DNA from: a virus
Direction: 5' to 3' (one strand)
Length of the DNA: 64,000 bases
IMG/VR virus record: IMGVR_UViG_3300025011_000030
Span: 1-64,000 of that record
A model generated the notes under the pieces. The model was given only the letters and a program-made list of their open reading frames with translations. It had not been told where the DNA came from and searched no databases. Below, in pieces: positions 56,495 through 64,000 of the stretch. Position 1 is the stretch's first letter, and the number at the start of each line of letters is the position of its first letter. The position numbers were made by a program, and so were the translations under genes.

Positions 56495-57019
56495 ATGCTA
56501 AATCTTAGATTTGAAGTGGCAGGCGATGTTCAACTCTCCCGAATGCTTGATCGAGTGAGTGGTGATTTGTCTAACATGAGGCCCGCTTGGGACAGGATAC
56601 ACGAAAACTTTCTTCGAGGTGAGCACGGTACTTTCGCCATGGAGGGAGCTTTCGGTGGTAAGGCTAAATGGGCTTCATTGAGTCCTAAGTACAAACTATG
56701 GAAAGAAAGTCGCTATCCTGGGCAGCCTATTTTAGTTTTAACAGGTTCGTTACGAGCGAGTTTAACGCAATCAAGCGACCCTGATCATATATATGAACCT
56801 ACCGATGCAGGAGTTTCTATTGGTACAAAGATACGTACTCCCAATGGCAGATGGAACCTTGGGTTTCTTCATCAAAAGGGAACCAGTAAAATGCCGGAAC
56901 GTCCTCCGGTTGAATTAACAGCCCAACAGAAAAACGATTGGGTGAATATTATGCATGAATGGCTTTGGGACGATGTAATACCGTGGCAGAGACAGAACGA
57001 AATGAGGCCGCCGAGGTGA
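56495..57019 (+). CDS. Virion morphogenesis/tail completion protein
   Basis: W.SLSP.Y, L..TG.LR.S, HQ.GT..MP.RP. Confidence 0.8.
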   Translation: MLNLRFEVAGDVQLSRMLDRVSGDLSNMRPAWDRIHENFLRGEHGTFAMEGAFGGKAKWASLSPKYKLWKESRYPGQPILVLTGSLRASLTQSSDPDHIYEPTDAGVSIGTKIRTPNGRWNLGFLHQKGTSKMPERPPVELTAQQKNDWVNIMHEWLWDDVIPWQRQNEMRPPR

Positions 57020-57025
57020 TAAGCA

Positions 57026-57487
57026 GTGCCAAACGCTGAACAGATAACTGATGTTTGTAAGTCAATCATCGCTAATAATATCGAAGCAAAGCTGGCAGAG
57101 ATAAACGAAAAGAACGGTAAAGGAGTAATCACTCCTGTTCCTGTAGAATACTTCAGCCGTGAAATAGACGAAAACATGCTAGTCAATTATCCGGCCTGCA
57201 AGATTAGCTATTTAAGATTTTCTAAAATTGAGGAATACACCTGGCGACATTATTTGAATATAGAGTTTTACCAGGTCAACCACGATCAAGATGCACTTGA
57301 AATACAAATCAAAAGGCTTGCATCAGCAGGTCAAAAAATACTTGAAAAAGAGCTGAATTGGCATGGATACGGGCATGACCCAAAGGTAACTGATGGGTTC
57401 ATAAGTTCTGTATTGCCCGTAGAGTCAGGATTCCTTCGGGCCTGTCGGTTGCAGTTTAGTGTAGATACTATCGAGGAGGGATATTGA
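57026..57487 (+). CDS. Putative tail terminator
   Basis: Position and size. Confidence 0.5.
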   Translation: MPNAEQITDVCKSIIANNIEAKLAEINEKNGKGVITPVPVEYFSREIDENMLVNYPACKISYLRFSKIEEYTWRHYLNIEFYQVNHDQDALEIQIKRLASAGQKILEKELNWHGYGHDPKVTDGFISSVLPVESGFLRACRLQFSVDTIEEGY

Positions 57488-58038
57488 TGGCAGTAAATAC
57501 AAGTTTAATTCATGTTGGGGCCGGTGTTTTGTCCTTAGATGAGGGATTATCTACGGCACTGACGGTTGAGGCTACAGAAGAAGGTGGTACTTTAGCTTTT
57601 TCAGCAGCCTTGGAAGCTATTGAAATAGATGAGGCTATTGGGCCTGTTGAAATGTTTATCACTGGTGAAGAATGTACCTTTGCCGTTACCTGTAAAGAAA
57701 TTGAAGCCGCAAAGGTAAAAATGGCTATGGGTCACGGCACTATCGCGACTACTGCTGCCGGGGTAGGTACAAAAGGTAAGGATGTTTTGGAGTTCGGTAG
57801 TAGCAGTACAGTGACAAAGCGTACATTAAAGTACACTGTGCCGCGCAAACATAACCCGGCCCTTAACATCGTTGTAGAGCTGTATTATGTTGTCGCTGTT
57901 CCTTCGTTGGAAAAGAAATTTACTAAAAAAGGTCAAACCATGATAGCAATGACCTTCAAAGCATTGAATGACATGACTAAGATTGCAGGTAAGCGCCTGG
58001 GCAAGATAACCTATGAAACTGCCGAAGCAACAAGCTAA
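57484..58038 (+). CDS. Major tail (tube) protein
   Basis: I.VGAG, T.EGG pattern; position upstream of chaperone and tape measure. Confidence 0.7.
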   Translation: MMAVNTSLIHVGAGVLSLDEGLSTALTVEATEEGGTLAFSAALEAIEIDEAIGPVEMFITGEECTFAVTCKEIEAAKVKMAMGHGTIATTAAGVGTKGKDVLEFGSSSTVTKRTLKYTVPRKHNPALNIVVELYYVVAVPSLEKKFTKKGQTMIAMTFKALNDMTKIAGKRLGKITYETAEATS

Positions 58039-58052
58039 GGAGGGCTAAATAA

Positions 58053-58385
58053 ATGGCAAGAACTGCATTGGCTGTACAATCCTGTGCCATCACAGGATTG
58101 CTCCCTTTATATACCGCTGCTAATGCCCTTGGGCATAGTGTAGCCAATAACGGGGAAACTTTTCTTCATGTTAAAAATGGTGATGCTTCCGACATAACGG
58201 TAACGCTTGTCAGTATACCTGACCCGTGGGGACGGACTGGTGACAAAGTAATTACCGTATCGGCTGCGAGCGAAAAGATGATAGGGCCTATACCGCCGTT
58301 ACTATTTAATCAGGCAGACGGTACTGTTAATGTTGATTTTTCAGCTGTCACCAGTGTAACTTTAACTGCTGTAAAGTTGAGGTAA
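58053..58385 (+). CDS. Small structural protein
   Basis: AGGAGG RBS; beta-rich composition. Confidence 0.6.
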   Translation: MARTALAVQSCAITGLLPLYTAANALGHSVANNGETFLHVKNGDASDITVTLVSIPDPWGRTGDKVITVSAASEKMIGPIPPLLFNQADGTVNVDFSAVTSVTLTAVKLR

Positions 58386-58389
58386 TGAT

Positions 58390-60267
58390 ATGAGCGATAC
58401 ATTATTAAGAGAGACGCAACCAAAGCCGGGACAGTTACCTGAAATTGTCCCGGGTCAATATTGGGATCATGATACGGAGCAATACGCAGCTATTAAAGGA
58501 GCTCACGGAGCTCCTAGAGTACTTTTATGGGACACGAATGGAGGCCCGTTACTAACTACTGAGCAGCCTGGTATCGTTGACGTTACCGACCGAGCTGCCA
58601 GGGAGTTAGGTAAGATAAGTGCCGATAATCTTGATATTTCTTTGTCTGACTTGCGGGATGCTATTGCCGGAGCAGGTGCAGCGACGAAAACTCTTGCCGA
58701 TTTAGCCACTCTATTAACTTCGGTTAACGCGAAGGATTTCGCAAGTCAAACCACGTTAGCTGCTATTTTAGGTAAGCTTATCTCAGATCCCTCAACATCG
58801 GCGAAACAGGACATATTGATTGCTAAAGATTTCGCAACCGAAACGACGCTTGCGGCAATTGGGTTGCTGATGACTGCCCTTACTGGCAAAGACTTTGCCA
58901 CACAAACAACATTAGCAGAAATTTCAGCAAAGCTTTTAACTGCTCCTTCTACAGAAGCAAAGCAAGATACACTCATCAGCCATGTTGACGGAGTAGAAAC
59001 TGCACTAACTATATTAAACGCTAAGGATTTCGCCACACAAACGACCCTTGCAGCAGTATTAGCAAAGATCATTGCAGCACCGGCGACTGAGGCTAAACAG
59101 GATACTTTAAATGCGAAAGACTTTGCAACACAGGCTACATTAGCGGCAGTCTTAGCGAAAATTATAGCCGCCCCAGCTACAGAAGCAAAACAGGATATTC
59201 TAAACGCTAAAGATTTTGCTACGCAGACAACATTGGTCGCTATTCTAAATAAGATTATAGAGGCACCTGCTACGGAGGCAACGTTAGCATCCGTGCAAGC
59301 CACATTAGCACAAGGCGGTATCCCGGCGACAACGCTGGAAACTACACACCAAAACGCTGCAACGACAAACGGCAATGGTACTGCCGCAACTGTAAGCGGG
59401 TATGGGCCAATCGCTTTCCAAATTACCGGAACCCCTGATGGTGCAACAATAACTTGGGAAGGTTCTGTGGACGGTACAAATTATACGGCTTTTAGTGCCA
59501 CGAAAACTGATACAGGTGCGGCAGCGACCACGGCAACTGCCACAGGAATTTATTCTGCCAACGTATCCGGCTATAAATCCGTGAGGGCGGTAATTTCTAC
59601 AGCAGGGGCAAGTACGAGTCTAACTGTCAAATCTCTTGCCGTGGGTGTTGCTAGACCTCTAACTGCCGATGTGATAACAGTCGGTAAAGCCGCCGATAAT
59701 GCCGCTGTGAGTGGTAATCCTATTCTTTTGGCAGGTAGATATAGCACAACCCCAGCAACGAGGGATAACGGCGATGTTGTGACATTAGAAACTGACGCTA
59801 CTGGTAGTTTACTTACCAAGCTAACTGGTAGTAAAGCTCTGGTAAGAGTTATAATGGCAGACTCAACAGTCACCTTGGGAACGTCACAAAGTGAAATAAT
59901 TAGTATAACTCCAACGGCTGGGTATAAAGCGAAAGTAATTAATATGTTTATATATAGCCCAATCCCTACGGGTGGCACTACCGGTACACATGAATTTAAC
60001 TGTCATTTCGGATCATCAGTAAACCAGAGAGCGTTTAATATTAAAACAGCGTATAATAAAGAGCTACTTATATCAGGTAATGCGCCATCCTCGACGGTAG
60101 ATACTAAAACACCAAACAATGACGCTATTATTAATTCAAATATACAAAAAATAGAATTTACCGTAGCTGAACCGTTAAAAATACAATATAAAAACGACAC
60201 TGGTGCAACACAAACATTTTCCCGGAACATCAGATTAGTTGTAATTGAGGAGGCAATAATAGCATGA
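58390..60267 (+). CDS. Fibre/appendage-like protein with six KDFA(T/S)xxTL repeats and a C-terminal beta domain
   Basis: Repeats at about 58725-59290; Ala/Thr-rich. Confidence 0.6.
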   Translation: MSDTLLRETQPKPGQLPEIVPGQYWDHDTEQYAAIKGAHGAPRVLLWDTNGGPLLTTEQPGIVDVTDRAARELGKISADNLDISLSDLRDAIAGAGAATKTLADLATLLTSVNAKDFASQTTLAAILGKLISDPSTSAKQDILIAKDFATETTLAAIGLLMTALTGKDFATQTTLAEISAKLLTAPSTEAKQDTLISHVDGVETALTILNAKDFATQTTLAAVLAKIIAAPATEAKQDTLNAKDFATQATLAAVLAKIIAAPATEAKQDILNAKDFATQTTLVAILNKIIEAPATEATLASVQATLAQGGIPATTLETTHQNAATTNGNGTAATVSGYGPIAFQITGTPDGATITWEGSVDGTNYTAFSATKTDTGAAATTATATGIYSANVSGYKSVRAVISTAGASTSLTVKSLAVGVARPLTADVITVGKAADNAAVSGNPILLAGRYSTTPATRDNGDVVTLETDATGSLLTKLTGSKALVRVIMADSTVTLGTSQSEIISITPTAGYKAKVINMFIYSPIPTGGTTGTHEFNCHFGSSVNQRAFNIKTAYNKELLISGNAPSSTVDTKTPNNDAIINSNIQKIEFTVAEPLKIQYKNDTGATQTFSRNIRLVVIEEAIIA

Positions 60268-60371
60268 ATATAGGAGACCGTTTTGAGGTTGAAAATGAAC
60301 AAATGCAAATAGAAATATATGAAGTAATTGAAATTCGTGATGGAGTTATAATTTCGAGAAAGGTATCGTAA
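60264..60371 (+). CDS. 35-aa protein translationally coupled to the fibre-like gene
   Basis: GAGGAGG RBS; ATGA overlap. Confidence 0.55.
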   Translation: MNIGDRFEVENEQMQIEIYEVIEIRDGVIISRKVS

Positions 60372-60474
60372 TTTAACCAACTAACGAAGGTGCTGCTGTT
60401 AGTTGGTTAGTTGACATTAGGTGAACTTAAAATACCTCCAGCTATTATTTATACATTAGCTGGAGGTGATTATT

Positions 60475-61317
60475 TTGTTATTAACCGAATCTTACAAATT
60501 ATACGATGCTGACAAACGGTTACTTGGTTATTCGCCACATACATTAACAGCTTACGGGTTACAAATAAAACTACTTATTCGGGATATAGGGGATGTTGAA
60601 ATTTCAACTGTTACCTACTTACAACTGAAGGAATATTTGATTAAACAAGAGCATCTTAAGCCGGCTTCAGTTGGTCACCGAATAAGGTTCATTAGATCGT
60701 TTTTCAGATATCTGCACGAAGAAGGATTCATGGAACGAAATATTTCGGCCAAACTTAGGGAACCCAAACAAGGTACTAGGGTTCCAAAGTTTTTAAACGA
60801 AGAAGAAGTTGAATTGTTAAGGGATAGCTGTAATACTTTACTTGAAAAGTCTCTCACTGAATTTTTCTATGCCACAGGATGTAGGATTGGTGAAGTAGCA
60901 GGTCTCAACCGAAAGGATATTGATTGGGACTCCCGGTCGGCTATGGTTATTGGTAAAGGTGACAAACAACGGGAAGTGTACTTTACTGTCAAGTGCCGAG
61001 TATGGTTACAGAAGTATTTACAAAGTCGAACCGATGATTGCGAAGCTTTGTTTGTTACCGTGCGAAAACCTATTCGCAGAATGTCTATAGCTAGGATTAG
61101 AGAAGTCATAAAAGCTGTTGCCCAACATTCTGAAGTTGAGACTAATGTTTATCCTCATCGGTGGCGACACACTACAGCCACTGTTATGGTTAACAATGGA
61201 GCTCCTATTGAAGTAATACAGTCTAACTTGGGTCACGCTAGACCAACTACTACAATGATATATGCGCACTTATCTGGCGAACGTCGCCGTCAAGAGTACA
61301 ACAGGTATTTTAGGTAA
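60475..61317 (+). CDS. Tyrosine recombinase (XerD-like)
   Basis: TGCRIGE, GKGDKQR, HRWRH, LGH, TMIY catalytic residues all present. Confidence 0.95.
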   Translation: MLLTESYKLYDADKRLLGYSPHTLTAYGLQIKLLIRDIGDVEISTVTYLQLKEYLIKQEHLKPASVGHRIRFIRSFFRYLHEEGFMERNISAKLREPKQGTRVPKFLNEEEVELLRDSCNTLLEKSLTEFFYATGCRIGEVAGLNRKDIDWDSRSAMVIGKGDKQREVYFTVKCRVWLQKYLQSRTDDCEALFVTVRKPIRRMSIARIREVIKAVAQHSEVETNVYPHRWRHTTATVMVNNGAPIEVIQSNLGHARPTTTMIYAHLSGERRRQEYNRYFR

Positions 61318-61342
61318 ATTAATTTTTTAGGGAGGTAACATA

Positions 61343-61762
61343 ATGATTTGTGAAACGAACAATACCGTTGAAGGTAAAATTGAATCCATAAAAACCCGCA
61401 CATCCGATCAAAAAATGACCCGTGAGGGTGTACCAGTCAGTATCGGTGGTCAGGTATTCGAAATTAAGCCGTTGGTACGCAAGCAGGCTCGGGCTTTTCG
61501 TAGAAAATGGGCTGAAATGACAGGGAATTTTATTGGTCTGCAAGATGTACAGGTAGAATCACCTGCCGAAGCTATCGCTGCCGCGTTCGATAAGCTAGAC
61601 AGTGCTGAACCCTTACAACTAGAAACCATTGCATTGGCTATTCCAGAACTGGTAGGCAAAGAGGACTGGATTGACGATAACGCTACGAATGAGGAATTAG
61701 CTGAGGCAATGGTTTTAGCCTTACATATGAACGGCCTGGGAAACCCTACGAACCCTCGGTAG
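61343..61762 (+). CDS. Tail assembly chaperone G
   Basis: Position before tape measure; slippery GGGAAAC at its 3' end. Confidence 0.75.
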   Translation: MICETNNTVEGKIESIKTRTSDQKMTREGVPVSIGGQVFEIKPLVRKQARAFRRKWAEMTGNFIGLQDVQVESPAEAIAAAFDKLDSAEPLQLETIALAIPELVGKEDWIDDNATNEELAEAMVLALHMNGLGNPTNPR

Positions 61763-62040
61763 AGGGGGAGCAAGTAACTCTTGCAAATGTATACGAAGGT
61801 TTTATGACAGCCTTCCCATCGTATACGGTGGAAAAGATAGAAACTGAGCTTACCGACGAACAAATGACTTTGCTTGTTGAGAGTAGACTAAACAGGGTAC
61901 AGGGAACCTCCGGTGATACTACGGAAGATCTGGCACTTAATGCTCTTGATAGTAAGGGCAAGGTAACACGAATGAACATAGAGGATATGGAAAATATGCC
62001 GGGATTTGCGGTTGAAAAGGTGGTGGTGCATCGTGGCTAG
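61738..62040 (+). CDS. Tail assembly chaperone T segment, reached by -1 frameshift
   Basis: G GGA AAC at 61738-61744; -1 frame is open into ORF 61804..62040. Confidence 0.75.
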   Translation, partial: GKPYEPSVEGEQVTLANVYEGFMTAFPSYTVEKIETELTDEQMTLLVESRLNRVQGTSGDTTEDLALNALDSKGKVTRMNIEDMENMPGFAVEKVVVHRG

Positions 62041-64000
62041 TGCAGCTGATTTACTTATTAGGATCGTGGGTGATTCAAGAAACGCTGTTGGTGCTTTTTT
62101 AGGTTTACGTCAGGAAAGTACAAATACTATGGCAGCAGTTAGAAACGCTGTGCGAGGTGCTACTAACCAACTTAATACTGATGCTAACGGGGTTAGGCAA
62201 TCACTCAGTCGAATGTTTAACGATGTAAGCGCCGATCAACTTATCTCTCAACTCAGACAAGGTGGTCAGGCTGGTGACGCGGCCGCACAAGAAATTATTC
62301 AGTCACTCAATTCTATTCAAAGTGAGACTGACCGCACTGCTGCCGGTATGGCTATATTTGGTGAATCTTGGAGAGATGTACAGCAACAAGCAGGTCAGGC
62401 AGCCGACAGTATGCGCAATTCGTTGTCAGATTTATCCAGAAGAGCTGAAACCGAGTCGGAACAGATGCGACAGGCCCTGTCGGGCATATTCGATAATGTG
62501 ACTGCTGATAATTTAGTTCGCGAGTTAAGGGCCGGAGGTGCCGCCGGTGAGCGAGCTGCTCGGGAAATATCAGCAGCTCTGGCACAGGTGAATGACGACG
62601 TTGACCGTAATCGCCGAGGACTTGTTATTTTCGGTGCGTCCTGGCGGGATGTTTCGCAGGATGCCCGTCGTTCTCAGGATGATGCTCAAGACGAACTCCG
62701 AGATACTGAAAATCTTTTAGACAGAGCGAAAAGAGCTGCTGTAGGATTGGCAGGTGCCTTTGCAGGGATACAGATCGCTGGTGTTATGGATGATGCGGCT
62801 GCCAGTGCCGGTCATTTGCGAGCAATGCTTGGGTTAGCGAAGGAAGAAGCAGAGGAGTTCACAAAAATATCTCGTGAAGTATACGGAGGTAACTTTAGCG
62901 AGAGTATGCGCGAAGCAAGCGAGGCAACTGTTAGAACCCACCAGTCGCTTGGTTTAGTGGGTGAAAGTCTTAAACAACAGACCCAAAATGTTTTAATGCT
63001 GAATACTGTTTTCGGTGAACTTGGTGCAGACACTCAAACTAATCTTGGAGCAATAAGGTCAATGACTAAGGCTTGGGAAATGGATTCCAGTCAAGCAACT
63101 GACCTTATTTCTAAAGGTTTGCAGGGAGTGGCCGGTAGTGCCGGTGATCTTTTAGATACTTTAACCGAATACCCAGCTCACTTTAAAGCCCTTGGATTAA
63201 ACTCACAGGACGCTTTGAAATGGCTTAATATTGGCATGGAAAACGGTGCGATGAATACGGATATACTAGCCGATGCCGTAAAAGAGTTTGGGATTAGGGT
63301 TAAGACTGAAGGGGAACTTGTAAAAAAAGTAAGTAAAGAAGATGAAGAAGCATTGAAAGGTATGGCTGATGCCGCTAAAGCTTCTTTTGATAGTACCAAT
63401 GAATCGGCTAAAGACTCTTATGAGAAAACAAAAGAAGCTTCTACGGAAGCTTATGAGTCAGCTAAGGATTTAATAGACAAGAGTATTGAACTTACTAAAA
63501 ATGAGCACGACGAAAAGGTACAAGCGGCTAAGGATTATAAGGATAAACAGAAAGAATATTATGACGAAATACTCCAAAAAGCGAAGGACAATTATACCAA
63601 AATAGTTGAGGCCGCCGAACTGGCTAGAGACGGAGACCTTGCAGCCCTACAAGGTCAACTTGACGAAATTGACAAGCAGGAAGAACAACGACAAAGGGAT
63701 GCTGAGCAGAAAAGTTTGCAGCAGGCTATTAATCAGGCTAAGGACGCTGAGGCTAGATCTGCGGCAAAAGCTAGACTCGCTGACTGGGTACGAAAGCAAG
63801 AAGTAAATGCAAGTAAGGAAAGTATACGTGAACAAATGCAAAAGGTCAGGGATTCATACGAGCTGAAGAAAAAACAAGCTGAAGAAAACCTGACTAAGTC
63901 CGAAAAAACTTACCAGTTAGATACAAAAAATCTTGAAGTTGAAACAAATAACAAACTTAGAATAATTGAAAAATCCTATAAAGAACAAGAAATTAAGGCT
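62033..64000 (+). CDS. Tape measure protein (runs off the window end)
   Basis: GTG start, MASAADLLIRIVGD; DLLDTLTEY and DILADAVKEFGIR minor-tail motifs; frame open to 64000. Confidence 0.88.
   Translation, partial: MASAADLLIRIVGDSRNAVGAFLGLRQESTNTMAAVRNAVRGATNQLNTDANGVRQSLSRMFNDVSADQLISQLRQGGQAGDAAAQEIIQSLNSIQSETDRTAAGMAIFGESWRDVQQQAGQAADSMRNSLSDLSRRAETESEQMRQALSGIFDNVTADNLVRELRAGGAAGERAAREISAALAQVNDDVDRNRRGLVIFGASWRDVSQDARRSQDDAQDELRDTENLLDRAKRAAVGLAGAFAGIQIAGVMDDAAASAGHLRAMLGLAKEEAEEFTKISREVYGGNFSESMREASEATVRTHQSLGLVGESLKQQTQNVLMLNTVFGELGADTQTNLGAIRSMTKAWEMDSSQATDLISKGLQGVAGSAGDLLDTLTEYPAHFKALGLNSQDALKWLNIGMENGAMNTDILADAVKEFGIRVKTEGELVKKVSKEDEEALKGMADAAKASFDSTNESAKDSYEKTKEASTEAYESAKDLIDKSIELTKNEHDEKVQAAKDYKDKQKEYYDEILQKAKDNYTKIVEAAELARDGDLAALQGQLDEIDKQEEQRQRDAEQKSLQQAINQAKDAEARSAAKARLADWVRKQEVNASKESIREQMQKVRDSYELKKKQAEENLTKSEKTYQLDTKNLEVETNNKLRIIEKSYKEQEIKA

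Larger units (their letters stand above)
1..64000 (+). mobile_element. Large tailed phage or prophage (partial), with a Mu-like head module and a long non-contractile-type tail module
   Basis: Continuous co-oriented array of replication, terminase, portal, capsid, tail-chaperone and tape-measure genes; no host housekeeping context in the window. Confidence 0.97.

Noticed and set aside
58746-59375. 209-aa minus-strand ORF and the other antisense or alternate-frame ORFs in the track
   Set aside because: They shadow well-supported + strand genes and lack RBSs or recognisable motifs.
58390-60267. Diversity-generating retroelement acting on the fibre gene
   Set aside because: No reverse transcriptase and no template/variable repeat pair differing at adenines; the repeats are ordinary coding repeats.
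60475-61317. Recombinase as the prophage integrase marking an att boundary
   Set aside because: Tail genes continue on both sides and no host DNA or att-like junction is visible.

Overview
The whole 64 kb window is part of one large tailed phage or prophage, probably from an anaerobic Bacillota host (GGAGGTGA ribosome-binding sites, SigA-type promoters, nrdD). Almost every gene is on the + strand. In order it carries: (i) replication genes: primase, SSB, a family A polymerase, and a complete phage-encoded beta clamp and clamp loader (dnaN, dnaX, holB, holA); (ii) a 7-deazaguanine DNA-modification locus: queD, queE, folE, queC, a GIY-YIG endonuclease, a DUF6884-like ORF, a SAM methyltransferase and three tandem TGT/DpdA-like genes; (iii) recombination genes, two sigma factors and nucleotide-metabolism genes; (iv) many small accessory genes, several of them disrupted; (v) terminase, Mu-like head genes and tail genes up to the start of the tape measure. 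Main finding: all three TGT-like proteins, the SAM methyltransferase, the DNA methyltransferase and the primase end in a Q-x-x-L-F beta-clamp-binding motif, and the polymerase starts with one. This suggests DNA-modifying enzymes tethered to the phage's own sliding clamp. Other highlights are a thymidylate synthase homologue with Asp at the dUMP/dCMP specificity position, three recurring classes of regulatory motif, two candidate structured RNAs, and a tyrosine recombinase inside the tail operon. All calls come from reading motifs by eye; no database search was run.
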